NCBI GenBank assembly: GCA_038861545.1
Contig: JAWCCZ010000002.1
Coordinates: 96,001-160,000 of the forward strand
DNA: 64,000 bases
Source of the DNA: Thermofilaceae archaeon
Lineage (GTDB): Archaea; Thermoproteota; Thermoprotei; Thermofilales; Thermofilaceae
Direction: 5' to 3'
Positions 28,368-38,381 of the stretch are shown piece after piece. Position 1 is the first letter of the stretch, and every line of letters starts with the position of its first letter. The position numbers and the translations under genes were made by a program. The notes under the pieces are model-generated. The model had not been told where the DNA came from. It ran no database searches and was given only the letters and a program-made list of their open reading frames with translations.

Positions 28368-29603
28368 TTGCGCATGAAGGAAAACAATGTTGAATACTTA
28401 ATTGGGTTAAGGAAAAGACTTGAGAAAATTCTCAGCGAGAATATTATCCCGTTTTGGTATAGAACAATCGATAAGGAAAATGGAGGATATATTCTGAATC
28501 ATGATTTGACTGGTAAACTTTTAGGTAAGGGAAATAAAATGATTGTAACACAGGCGAGAACTGTCTGGTACTTCTCAATGCTATATCGTAATGGGTGGGC
28601 TGGAAAAGAAGCCCTAGAATCTGCTGAGCATGGGGTAACATTTCTTACGGAAAAAATGTGGGATAAGGAGTACGGGGGTTTCTACTGGGAAGTTAATTCA
28701 AAGGGTAATGTGGTTAGAGACTTTAAACACATGTATGGGCAAGCATTCGGCCTTTACGCTTTATCCGAATATGCGCTAGCTAGCGGAAAGAGAGAAGCGA
28801 TGGAGTTTGCAAAGGAAATATTTGAAATTATTGAGCGAGCACATGACAATATCTATGGTGGATTTCGGGAGATTTTCTCCCGTAATTGGTCGCCACCACA
28901 GCAACTGCGAAGCCCTGTAGGACCTGTAGACGCGAAGATGATGAACACACACCTACATTTGATGGAAGCTTTTACGACGTTTTACGAGTTGACAAGAGAC
29001 GAGCATGCAAAACAGAGGCTTATGGAGATGATTCTAATCATGGCTAATACAGTAGTTGACATGCATTCCGGCGCTTGTATAGACTTACACGACTTAAAGT
29101 GGAGACCATTACCCTCCGAGGGCGAGCTCAGAGTTTCATATGGACATAACCTAGAGGCACTTTGGCTGATTGCCGAAGCCTGTGAGTTCATTGGTATACC
29201 GCTCGGGTTGCTTGCAAACTACTTTGATACAGTTTATAATTACTGTATAAAGTATGGATTTGATCACGAGAAAGGTGGAGTTTATGATAGTGGACCGTTA
29301 AACCGCTCTGCAGATAGACTGGAGAAAGTTTGGTGGGTTCAAGCCGAATCGCTAGTTGCGATGGCTTACCTTTACAAAGTTACGCGTGAGGAACGGTTCC
29401 TTCGAGATCTCGAGAAACAGCTTAATTGGATAGAAAAGTACCAAGTAGATTGGGAGAAAGGGGACTGGTTTGAAGTTATTTTACCGAATGGTAGGCCTGC
29501 TGGTTTTAAAGCACACATATGGAAATCCGCGTACCATAATGGAAGAGCTATGGTGAAGACTATTCAAACTATAGATTTCCTAACCGAAGAGAAAAAACTT
29601 TAG
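28368..29603 (+). CDS. AGE-family epimerase (cellobiose 2-epimerase-like)
   Basis: QARTVW, YGQAFGLYAL, MNTHLHLMEA, SYGHNLE, WWVQAE, WKSAYHNGR. Confidence 0.9.
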   Translation: MRMKENNVEYLIGLRKRLEKILSENIIPFWYRTIDKENGGYILNHDLTGKLLGKGNKMIVTQARTVWYFSMLYRNGWAGKEALESAEHGVTFLTEKMWDKEYGGFYWEVNSKGNVVRDFKHMYGQAFGLYALSEYALASGKREAMEFAKEIFEIIERAHDNIYGGFREIFSRNWSPPQQLRSPVGPVDAKMMNTHLHLMEAFTTFYELTRDEHAKQRLMEMILIMANTVVDMHSGACIDLHDLKWRPLPSEGELRVSYGHNLEALWLIAEACEFIGIPLGLLANYFDTVYNYCIKYGFDHEKGGVYDSGPLNRSADRLEKVWWVQAESLVAMAYLYKVTREERFLRDLEKQLNWIEKYQVDWEKGDWFEVILPNGRPAGFKAHIWKSAYHNGRAMVKTIQTIDFLTEEKKL

Positions 29604-29608
29604 AATTT

Positions 29609-31678
29609 TCATTTCATAGATTTTTCTAAAATAAAAGCTTTTCCTTGAAACGGGTTTAAACTAACTTTTAGTGATAACTTCCTCCCGCTTTGGTATACAC
29701 TTAATTCCTCGCCGCTAAAGAAATCCTTAACTGTATACTCGCCCCTTAGGTCGAGTTGAACGGTTACCATAGACTCAGCTGTTTCGTTGAGATGGTTAAC
29801 CGTTAGCAGCATTAGCCGAGTTCCATCAAGCTTCTTCCAAATGCCTACCTCAATCGCTGGGTTACTGGATATCACCGGTAAATGCACGCCAGCTTCCCTG
29901 AGCACGCTTAACACTATTTCCCGGACTGTTTCGTTCCAGCGGACCACGAATGGAAACATTACAGCTAAATCGTAATATCCTGGGTAGTTAGCGTAGTCGT
30001 AGCCGAGCATAGTAGCGGCTTTCACAACACTTCCTTTACCCTTCTTGAATACAATTATTGCAGGGTCTCCATTCTCGAATTCCGCTACAACTGTGCTTCC
30101 AGCTGCATTAATATTTTCACACATTCCACTGACTCCAACTGGGATAACCCTTCCCTTCAAGCCGCTTAGCCATGAAGCAGATGTATTCACCGTATAAGCT
30201 GTATGCTCGACAGCTGAGCTGGTGACCAGTTCAGGGTATACCTGCTGGAAATCGCCGACGCCTTTTCCAGCGTAATCAAGGATTAAAGTACCGCCCTTCT
30301 CAACAAACTCGCGGATTTTACCAGATACCTCAGGCGGAAGTACGGGACAGCCGACCGCGCAAAGTACTTTGTACCCGTGTTTATCGAGAACCCCCTCTAG
30401 AACTTGTTGTTCTGAGATTACATCAACCGGTACGCTGCTACGCGCTAGTAGAGTGTAGAACAGCAGGTTGTTCATGTAGTAGAGGTCGTCCCTCTTTAGC
30501 TCCATGCTTGTCCAGGAGTAAAGTAAGGCAACTTCAGCTTTCTGCATCTCGTACCCCTCCAGCTCTCTCACTAAAGCCTTGTAGACTTTATTCGCCTCTT
30601 TCGTAGAGTGCCAAAGGTCAAGGTTCCTCCAGTCAACCCACCAGACTATACCAAGGGAGCCGTGTATGAGACATGAGTATACTTGTTCGATCATGCTGCC
30701 TGGTGGAATTCTGTACCCCATCCATGAGTTAAAGGCTTGACCGTTCGCTGTGTAAAGTTTGTCAAAACTTAATGCGGATCTAACTAGGTCCTTGATGTAC
30801 TCGTAGATATAGATCACATACCGGTGGTCAAATTCGAGCGGGTACATGTCCTCGTGTCCGACATCTATAGTTTTAGCCATTCGGAAAATATCGTTACCTG
30901 AATATATGCACTGGTAGGTGCAGGGGTAGAAGTCATTCAACTCATGCGTAGCTAGGAGCGGTATGATGCTCTTTGCGTACCTTATCAACTCATCGAGAAA
31001 GTTGGGGATTATTTCTGCGTGGTAGTCGAGCCACTCCTTCCACAAGTTGGGGTTTCTATCGTCCCTCGGAGGCTCGATTTCTCCCCAGTCCGCATAGCGG
31101 GTACCATGCTTCGCGTTGAAAAGTTTTATTGAACCATACTTCCTCCTCATAGCTTCCCTGAATTTCTCGATGCAATGCTTGCAGTAGCAGCACGGTTTTA
31201 GCGGACCTCCACCAAACTCAGGTACATCATTTCTATAGTAAGCTTCATGAACGAAGCTGAATAGCGGTAACCCGTCGATCTTGTAGAGGGCAGGGTGGTT
31301 CCCGAACTTCTCCAAGAACTCTTTCACCAACTTTTTAGCAGTCTCTATTAAAAGGGGGTGGTTAAAGCAGCCGATGTTCCAGTATCTCGGATCGTCTGAT
31401 GTTGTACCATCATAGTTAACTATTTTCACCTCTGGGTGCTCGGCAATAGATACATGTGGGTTTAACACCGGTGTTATTTTCAACCCTAGAGAAAGCGCTT
31501 TATCGAACGTGTAGCCTAGCATCTCGTTTCTGATGTCGGATATCAGCAACCAGATAGATGTAGCACCTGCTTCTTTCACAGCGCTTAGAACCTTATCTAC
31601 TTCATTTCTAGCTTCCTCCCTTGGCACGAAAACATATGCAGCTACTATAGGATCCCGGAAATAGTTTTGAGGAACCAT
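29609..31678 (-). CDS. GH42-like glycoside hydrolase with trimerization domain
   Basis: CFNHP, HE acid/base, CCYCKHC Zn site, KYGSI..FN..HG, DMYP, AEVALLYS, FVEKGGTL; the expected nucleophile Glu is not evident. Confidence 0.75.
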   Translation of the reverse strand: MVPQNYFRDPIVAAYVFVPREEARNEVDKVLSAVKEAGATSIWLLISDIRNEMLGYTFDKALSLGLKITPVLNPHVSIAEHPEVKIVNYDGTTSDDPRYWNIGCFNHPLLIETAKKLVKEFLEKFGNHPALYKIDGLPLFSFVHEAYYRNDVPEFGGGPLKPCCYCKHCIEKFREAMRRKYGSIKLFNAKHGTRYADWGEIEPPRDDRNPNLWKEWLDYHAEIIPNFLDELIRYAKSIIPLLATHELNDFYPCTYQCIYSGNDIFRMAKTIDVGHEDMYPLEFDHRYVIYIYEYIKDLVRSALSFDKLYTANGQAFNSWMGYRIPPGSMIEQVYSCLIHGSLGIVWWVDWRNLDLWHSTKEANKVYKALVRELEGYEMQKAEVALLYSWTSMELKRDDLYYMNNLLFYTLLARSSVPVDVISEQQVLEGVLDKHGYKVLCAVGCPVLPPEVSGKIREFVEKGGTLILDYAGKGVGDFQQVYPELVTSSAVEHTAYTVNTSASWLSGLKGRVIPVGVSGMCENINAAGSTVVAEFENGDPAIIVFKKGKGSVVKAATMLGYDYANYPGYYDLAVMFPFVVRWNETVREIVLSVLREAGVHLPVISSNPAIEVGIWKKLDGTRLMLLTVNHLNETAESMVTVQLDLRGEYTVKDFFSGEELSVYQSGRKLSLKVSLNPFQGKAFILEKSMK

Positions 31679-31818
31679 CTTAAAGCGCCTCTGGCCAGGG
31701 GGTATAAATGGACAGTAATATACCTGTTTATGCCTTAAAAATGGGATCCTTACTCCGCGACTGCGCTGCCGTTTAACACTAATCGACGACCCAATTATAT
31801 ATTAATATAACAATGTAA

Positions 31819-34668
31819 TTGTTAGCGATGTCGAAAATCTATGCCTGGAGCAGTGGAGAAGTTTTGAAGGTTCGCTTATTCCTTCGACTCATCGCTCAGG
31901 ATTTTGCTCAAGACGCTGTGGCTGTGGCTGAAGAAGGTATTGGGCGTACTTACTTGAAACTAAGCTTCCTTAAAGATGGTAAAGTCGTTAAAGCTGTAGA
32001 AGCTTATGTCATCCGGGACGAAGAAGGTAATATCTCCAAGATTGAGTCAGTGGGTAAGTTTATACAAAACAAAGGGGAAGATATGCCGATTACACTGGAG
32101 AAGAATAGTGAGATACTAAATTGTCACTACTATAACTCGCTTTCAGCCGTAGCTAAAAGGCTCCTAGGTGTGGAAGTTTTATCTGTTCTACCTCCGCAGA
32201 AAGCCCGTGAAGCTAACAAGATTTTTAACCAAATTTTCCATGAGTGTCCCTTAACTCTTCAACCCTATGGGTACTTCGATAAAGTTACTGGGGAGTTCGT
32301 TATAACGAGCCCCGAGACGCCTACGCCATGGATAAATTACATCGGTCAGGGGGATTACGGAGGAATAGTGTCAAACACGGGTGGAGGCTACTCCTTTGAC
32401 CGGGATCCCCGCAACCGTAGAGTGACGAGATACAGGTATAATGCGATTCCAGTTGATCAACCAGGGCATTACATATACATAAGGGATGAAAGTACAGGCG
32501 ATTTCTGGAGTCCAACGTGGCAGCCAGTGAAGAAGGAACTTGACTGGTATGAATGTAGACATGGACCCGGCTACACGAAGATCAGTAGCTTGTATAAAGG
32601 CGTTAAGGCTTCTATCCTTTACTTTGTTCCCCCGAATCCACCTTTCGGCGAATGCCCTGTTGAACTACATGTCTTGGAACTAAGGAATGAAAGTGAGAGT
32701 GTTAAAAAACTTAGACTCTGGACATACGAGGAACTCTGCTACTGGGACGCGTTTATGGATCAGACAAATCTCGACTGGGCTCAACAAATAGCCTCAAGTT
32801 ACGTGAAGGATGGTACCATTGTGATGGGGGTTCAATTCCGCCCTACTCGAACCTTCTTCGCGAGCAGTGAACCTCCTGACGGTTACGATACGGATCGAGA
32901 AATCTTCGTAGGAACATACAACGACCTCTCCAAGCCACAAGTTGTTGTAAGTGGGATATCAAGCTACAGCCTGGCTTCACGGGGGAACAATATCGTTTCG
33001 CTGAGCCACTGTGTAGAATTAAAGCCGGGGGAGGGGAAAAGGATAGTCTACATTCTCGGGATCACAGATAATCAAAGTTTGATAGCGAAAACCGTAGAGC
33101 ATTACCGTGATTATGGGAATGTGGAGAAAGCCTTCAAAGATCTAAGGGAAAATTGGGGCGAATACCTAGGCAAGCTGCGGGTTGAAACTCCGGACGAGGA
33201 GATGAACGCTATGGTGAACTACTGGAATGCGATCCAGTGTCGCGCTAACCTATACTGGTCTAGGTTTATTTCCCTCTATGACACGGGATTAGGTAGGGGG
33301 TTCGGGACACGAGATTCAGCCCAGGATACCCTTGGCACAGCGCACGCAGAGCCCGAGCGCGTAAGAAGAGTGCTGAGAATGCTCTGGGGGTTACAGTTCA
33401 AGGATGGACATACTTGGCATCTTATTTTCCCGTTAACTGGTGAAGGTGGGCCTGGACATGCTGCCGAAATGCCGTGGAGGCCGCAATGGTTCAGTGATGA
33501 TCATCTATGGCTTGTGTACGCTACCTGTAATTATATACGCGAAACAGGTGATTTCAATTTCCTCGAAGAGAGGATACCCTACCAAGATGATAAGAGGGAA
33601 GAGACTGTTTGGGAGCATATACAGAGGGCGGTGGAGTTCACGTTAAGGAAACGTGGCTCCCACGGCTTACCTCTATTGGGTTTTGCCGATTGGGATGATA
33701 CGATGAACCTGGACCATGGCTCAGAAAGCGCTGAAAGCGTCTGGACAGGTATGTTATTCTGCAGGGTAATGCTGGATCTTGCCGATCTCTGCAAGGCCCG
33801 TGGAGACCAAACGAGTGCAACGCGATTCGAGCAACTCCACAAGGAAATGGCTGAGACAATAAACAAGGTTGCTTGGGATGGCGAATGGTATGCGAGAGCT
33901 TTTGATGATAAAGGCAGGCCTGTTGGCGTTAAGGGGGAAAAGTACCATTGGATAAACCTTATCTCCCAAGCATGGGCGGCTATCGCGGATCTTGGCGATT
34001 ACGAGAAAGCTAGGAAAGCGCTGGAAAGCGCGATAGAACATTTGAACACACCCCTAGGGTTAAGGCTAATGAGGGATGCGATTAATAGCAAGAAAACCGG
34101 GGTAGAGGAGATCGATTACGAGAGCCTAGACCGCTACGGTGGGACTGCTACTTATCCGCCTGGTCTCAAGGAGAATGGGGGTATATTCAACCACGCTAAC
34201 ACGTGGGCTATAGTGGCTGCAGCTAAGCTGGGGTTAGCTGACCTCGCTTACAGGCTTTACCGTCAGATGTTGCCCCTTACTAGGAAAGACCAGGATACAT
34301 TGAAGGCCGAGCCCTACGTTTACTCTCAGAACTTAGCTGCCCCTGAACACCCGCAATATGGGTTAGCGCGAAATTCCTGGCTTACAGGAACTGCTTCCTG
34401 GATATACGTTGCCGCCACGCAATGGATCTTAGGTATTAGGCCGACGTTCAACGGTTTAAAAGTAGCACCATGCATCCCCGAAAGCTGGAACGGTTTTAAA
34501 GCTGTGCGGATTTTCCGCGGCTTAACCTATCAGATCATCGTTAAGAGGGTAGGTAAGGGAAATAAGGTTTCACTGAAAATTGACGGTAAACCGATCTCTG
34601 GCGATATTATACCTCTTCCACCTAAGGGAGTAAATGTGGTTAACGTTGAAGCAGATATCGGGGAATAA
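31819..34668 (+). CDS. GH94 glycoside phosphorylase (cellobiose/chitobiose phosphorylase-like) with an extra N-terminal domain
   Basis: YGYFD, TPTPWINY, RYRYN, RHGPGYT, GTRDSAQD, SDDHLW, ADWDD, ENGGIFNH, EPYVY, SWLTGTA; ATG 31828 is an alternative start. Confidence 0.9.
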   Translation: MLAMSKIYAWSSGEVLKVRLFLRLIAQDFAQDAVAVAEEGIGRTYLKLSFLKDGKVVKAVEAYVIRDEEGNISKIESVGKFIQNKGEDMPITLEKNSEILNCHYYNSLSAVAKRLLGVEVLSVLPPQKAREANKIFNQIFHECPLTLQPYGYFDKVTGEFVITSPETPTPWINYIGQGDYGGIVSNTGGGYSFDRDPRNRRVTRYRYNAIPVDQPGHYIYIRDESTGDFWSPTWQPVKKELDWYECRHGPGYTKISSLYKGVKASILYFVPPNPPFGECPVELHVLELRNESESVKKLRLWTYEELCYWDAFMDQTNLDWAQQIASSYVKDGTIVMGVQFRPTRTFFASSEPPDGYDTDREIFVGTYNDLSKPQVVVSGISSYSLASRGNNIVSLSHCVELKPGEGKRIVYILGITDNQSLIAKTVEHYRDYGNVEKAFKDLRENWGEYLGKLRVETPDEEMNAMVNYWNAIQCRANLYWSRFISLYDTGLGRGFGTRDSAQDTLGTAHAEPERVRRVLRMLWGLQFKDGHTWHLIFPLTGEGGPGHAAEMPWRPQWFSDDHLWLVYATCNYIRETGDFNFLEERIPYQDDKREETVWEHIQRAVEFTLRKRGSHGLPLLGFADWDDTMNLDHGSESAESVWTGMLFCRVMLDLADLCKARGDQTSATRFEQLHKEMAETINKVAWDGEWYARAFDDKGRPVGVKGEKYHWINLISQAWAAIADLGDYEKARKALESAIEHLNTPLGLRLMRDAINSKKTGVEEIDYESLDRYGGTATYPPGLKENGGIFNHANTWAIVAAAKLGLADLAYRLYRQMLPLTRKDQDTLKAEPYVYSQNLAAPEHPQYGLARNSWLTGTASWIYVAATQWILGIRPTFNGLKVAPCIPESWNGFKAVRIFRGLTYQIIVKRVGKGNKVSLKIDGKPISGDIIPLPPKGVNVVNVEADIGE

Positions 34669-34903
34669 CTACAGCTGCTTACTACGCGGTTTGGCAGGCA
34701 TCAACCATTAAACTTCCATTTATTTTACGCAGTTTAGGGGAGGCTAAACCACATAAATTTACTACACAGTTCCTACCCATTGCTATAAATAATATGAACT
34801 CAAGCTGAGGTGTGCCGGCATACTATAATTATTGTGAAGCTATGATATTACCTAGGTCAGAGCCTGCAGCGTAATTCATTTTAGTGAATAAAAGAGAAAG
34901 TGT

Positions 34904-35647
34904 ATGAGTTGTATGGAGGAGTTTGTTAGGGTGCCGAGTGCTGGTTTTGAGCTTGCTGGTGTTCTGCATTTGCCTGTTAATGTTTTTAAGCCGAAGCCTA
35001 TTCTCTTTCTACACGGTTTTACGGGTAGTAAAAGCGAAGCTGGAAGATTATACACTGATATGGCTAGATTCCTATGCATAAACGGCTACGCAGCACTAAG
35101 ATTCGACTTCCGCTGCCACGGAGACTCACCACTACCCTTCGAAGAATATAGAATCAGGTACGGGGTGGAGGACGCATTAAACGCTGCTAGTTATCTAAAA
35201 AGCTTAACTCGAGTAGATGCTACCCGTTTCGCTGTGGTCGGTCTTAGCATGGGGGCTGGCATAGCTGTCAGTTTAGCGTCGAATAGGGATGACGTAGCCG
35301 CTCTCATCCTCTTATCTGGTGGATACGGGCTTAGGGGTAGACCCCCTATTGGTATGGAAAAGGACGGATACTTTTACTTAGGAGCTTTAAGGAGAAAAGC
35401 TGAATGTGTAAGAGAGGATGCAGATTTCTCAGTTATGGAGCTGGCTGAACGGGTGAGAGCCCCCACACTTGTAATTCATTCTGTAGATGATGAAGTAGCC
35501 CCGATTAGCAGGGCAAAGGAATTTTATGAGAAGCTTACAGGAGAGAAGAAGTTTGTTGAAGTGCGTGGAGGCCACGTATTCAACGACTACCACGTTAGAA
35601 GACAAGTAGAAAGTGAAGTTCTAGCTTGGCTTAGAGAGTATTTCTAA
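34904..35647 (+). CDS. Alpha/beta-hydrolase
   Basis: LHGFTG, FDFRCHGDS, GLSMG, DDEV, GGHVF. Confidence 0.88.
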   Translation: MSCMEEFVRVPSAGFELAGVLHLPVNVFKPKPILFLHGFTGSKSEAGRLYTDMARFLCINGYAALRFDFRCHGDSPLPFEEYRIRYGVEDALNAASYLKSLTRVDATRFAVVGLSMGAGIAVSLASNRDDVAALILLSGGYGLRGRPPIGMEKDGYFYLGALRRKAECVREDADFSVMELAERVRAPTLVIHSVDDEVAPISRAKEFYEKLTGEKKFVEVRGGHVFNDYHVRRQVESEVLAWLREYF

Positions 35648-35760
35648 AGACATGAATGACCCTCTATGAATATAACAGAGTATAGCCGTTTTTATAAGAC
35701 TTTGACGAGTATAGGTTTTAATAAAGTAACTTTATATTGATCTGAGATAACGATTAATCG

Positions 35761-36558
35761 GTGGCTACGTCAAGAGCTTCACTAAAAAGGAGGTTCCTAG
35801 ATTTACTTAAAGTAGATGAGGAATTTAGGTTAGCTGTAGCCGGCCTCATCGGCCTTGAAGAGATCCTTAAGAACCTTAACGTAACTCAGCAAGAGCTCGC
35901 TAAGCTAAGAGAGGATATGGTTAAAGGGTTTGAACGACATGATCAAGAGCTTGCTAAACTGAGAGAAGATATGATTGCTGGATTCAAGCGACATGACGAA
36001 GAATTTGCAAAAGTCTGGAGTGAGCTCGCTAAGCTAAGAGAGGATATGGTTAAAGGGTTTGAACGACATGATCAAGAGCTTGCTAAACTGAGAGAAGATA
36101 TGATTGCTGGATTCAAGCGACATGACGAAGAATTAACTAAACTAAGGGAAGACATGACTAAAGGGTTCGAAATAATTGATAGACGCATTTCTTCTCTTGG
36201 AGCTAGATGGGGTATCATGAGTGAGACCTCTTTCAGGCAAGGGTTGAAAGAAGTGCTAGAGAGGAATTTTAACGTTAAAGTTGAAAGGTGGAGGGAATTC
36301 GATGATGAGGGGTATGTTTTCAAGAGACCTAGCGAAGTAGAGATCGATATAGCGGTTAGCAATGGACAGATTATACTTATCGAAATCTCATCACATGTAA
36401 GAAAATCTGATGTTTATGTATTTAAGAATAAATGTGAGTTTTTTATGAAAAAGACTGGCAAAACCCCTTCTAAGCTCATAATAATTACGCCCTACGCAGA
36501 GAATGATGCAGTAAGCGCGGCCAAAGAGCTTGGCATTGAGATTTACACTTCCACATAA
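35761..36558 (+). CDS. Coiled-coil repeat protein with C-terminal PD-(D/E)XK nuclease domain (DUF3782/DUF1626-like)
   Basis: DEEFRLAVAGLIG, ELAKLREDM repeats, LGARWG..SE..FR.G, EVEIDI...ILIEISS. Confidence 0.8.
   Translation: MATSRASLKRRFLDLLKVDEEFRLAVAGLIGLEEILKNLNVTQQELAKLREDMVKGFERHDQELAKLREDMIAGFKRHDEEFAKVWSELAKLREDMVKGFERHDQELAKLREDMIAGFKRHDEELTKLREDMTKGFEIIDRRISSLGARWGIMSETSFRQGLKEVLERNFNVKVERWREFDDEGYVFKRPSEVEIDIAVSNGQIILIEISSHVRKSDVYVFKNKCEFFMKKTGKTPSKLIIITPYAENDAVSAAKELGIEIYTST
35893..36134 (+). repeat. Intragenic tandem duplication: identical 113-bp copies, 129-bp period
   Basis: 35893-36005 is identical to 36022-36134; built from 54-bp (18-aa) subunits. Confidence 0.9.
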
Positions 36559-36715
36559 AGCCCATACCTGCTTATCTGATATAGTGAGTATATTATGCCG
36601 ACCTAGTAAAGAAAAGTTTCGGATAACTCGCCTAAAAAACTCTCGTGAGCGTGGTTGAATTCCAATAGAAAACTGGTATTCATATTTCTAAAGTAAAACT
36701 GTAAAGTAAGATACT

Positions 36716-37567
36716 CTAGTATGTTCCTAAACCGCCTGTACGTTTCATCCGATTCTCAACCTTCCTAAGCATAAACAACCCTAAAGCAAGCATAATCGCA
36801 GTTTGAGCGAGTAACAGAAGCCATTCGAATACTAATGGTATCAACGGCTCTGTTTTCAGTGCGTGATGCCTAACAAGGTCGGCAACATAAGTGAAGGGTA
36901 ACGTATACGAGATTAAACGAAGCGGGTTAGGGAGCGCCGTGACCGGGACGAAGACCCCGCAAATCCCTAGTAGTATAAATTGGATTATATTGTTTAAGGG
37001 ACCAACATTCTTGAAGCGAAGCACAAGCGATCCGTAAATTAAACCGAAACCTAGAGCGGCCACTAAACCGGTAACTAGACTGACTAGTACACCGAGGGGA
37101 TTGAAAAGTATTAACTCTACTTTGAAAATCGTTATAAAAAACGCATACATATAGAAAACGCCCATGAACATCGTCAACGTTCTAACACATAAGCCTCCCG
37201 AGAAGAGTATCGCTCTGCTAGCATTCGTAGTGAAAAGGACTTCTAGCGTTCCGGTCTGCTGCTCTCTCCGTATGGCCATTCCGAAGCTCCATATGCCCGA
37301 GCTGACTACATCCCAGAGAACCATCGCCCAGAACATCACATTCAAAACTGTGGGATCTTGCCACCGCTCTCGCGGAATGAACATTAATATTGGGACTATG
37401 AATAGGATGAGCCAAGCTGGGGTTGTAACTATATCGGCGATAACCCATGCAGGGTACCTAAAGTAGTTTCTAAACCATATTTCTACAACTCCTCTAAGCT
37501 CTGCAAGAGTTGCTTTAAAACCCAGTAAGGACTTAGTATTTGGACAGCTCGCCTTTCTTTCTTGCAT
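36716..37567 (-). CDS. ABC-2 type transporter permease
   Basis: Multiple TM segments; REQQTGTLE, GVFVPV..LP, LPFTY. Confidence 0.88.
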   Translation of the reverse strand: MQERKASCPNTKSLLGFKATLAELRGVVEIWFRNYFRYPAWVIADIVTTPAWLILFIVPILMFIPRERWQDPTVLNVMFWAMVLWDVVSSGIWSFGMAIRREQQTGTLEVLFTTNASRAILFSGGLCVRTLTMFMGVFYMYAFFITIFKVELILFNPLGVLVSLVTGLVAALGFGLIYGSLVLRFKNVGPLNNIIQFILLGICGVFVPVTALPNPLRLISYTLPFTYVADLVRHHALKTEPLIPLVFEWLLLLAQTAIMLALGLFMLRKVENRMKRTGGLGTY

Positions 37568-38381
37568 CGTCCTCCCACCTAGAGTAGAATACCTTACCCA
37601 AAGCTAAATAGCCTAGTGCCAGAACACCCATTAATGTTAACCTCTCAGCTAGAGGCAGTTGAGTATGCATCCCTGAAACGATCTTCTTTAACAGTTCAGA
37701 TGCATGGGAAGTTGGAACAACCTGAGCTACGAGTTGAACAACTCTCGGAAAAACTTCTAGAGGGTAGTAGAAGCCTGAAAGCATAGCAATAAACGAGCTT
37801 ACAATGTTTGCAACCGCCCATACCTCTTTGAAACGCACTGTCAGCGCGGCTACTACAAGCCCAAGGCCCGCTAGCGGCAGTATCCCCAGCGACACAATTA
37901 TAAAAGCCAGTAACCACTCATAAGGATTTAGAAGAGAGCCTGCAACTGCGATAACAAGGGATACGTTAACAGCGAAGACTCCAAGGAAGAGAAGGGAACT
38001 TGCAACAGCATGGAAGAACCATAGAAGTATTGTATTATTCGGGGTTAGGTAGTGAAGCTCAAAGGTGCCAATCAGCTGTTCCTCTCTGATGATCCCGGAA
38101 GTGTTCTCGATAAGGAACATACTGATCATCATAAGAGTTCCTCCAAGCGTCAAATACAATAAGGGGTTTTCCACCCCAGTGTTCATGTAGAAGTTCCTAG
38201 CTGCCGCTTCTCCACCTACTGTGTATCCTACACCTATGAAGAAGCCGCTAAGCATGTAGGGAAGCGATATAACGATCACTAGCGTGCCAATGTACCTGGA
38301 CATAATTTTCATCTCCTTTACGATTACCCCTGTCAGCGAGGTTATCACAGGATACTTAACTAGACGCTTCAAGGCGCTCAC
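37533..38381 (-). CDS. ABC-2 type transporter permease
   Basis: Multiple TM segments; EEQLIGTFE...TP, SGFYYP..VFP. Confidence 0.88.
   Translation of the reverse strand: MSALKRLVKYPVITSLTGVIVKEMKIMSRYIGTLVIVISLPYMLSGFFIGVGYTVGGEAAARNFYMNTGVENPLLYLTLGGTLMMISMFLIENTSGIIREEQLIGTFELHYLTPNNTILLWFFHAVASSLLFLGVFAVNVSLVIAVAGSLLNPYEWLLAFIIVSLGILPLAGLGLVVAALTVRFKEVWAVANIVSSFIAMLSGFYYPLEVFPRVVQLVAQVVPTSHASELLKKIVSGMHTQLPLAERLTLMGVLALGYLALGKVFYSRWEDDARKKGELSKY

Noticed and set aside
35893-36160. CRISPR-like repeats
   Set aside because: Repeats are in-frame coding units with no unique spacers, and there are no cas genes
10707-36626. Identical 14-mer AAAGTTTCGGATAA at 10707 and 36613
   Set aside because: Several 14-mer matches are expected by chance in 64 kb, and the second copy lies between convergent genes
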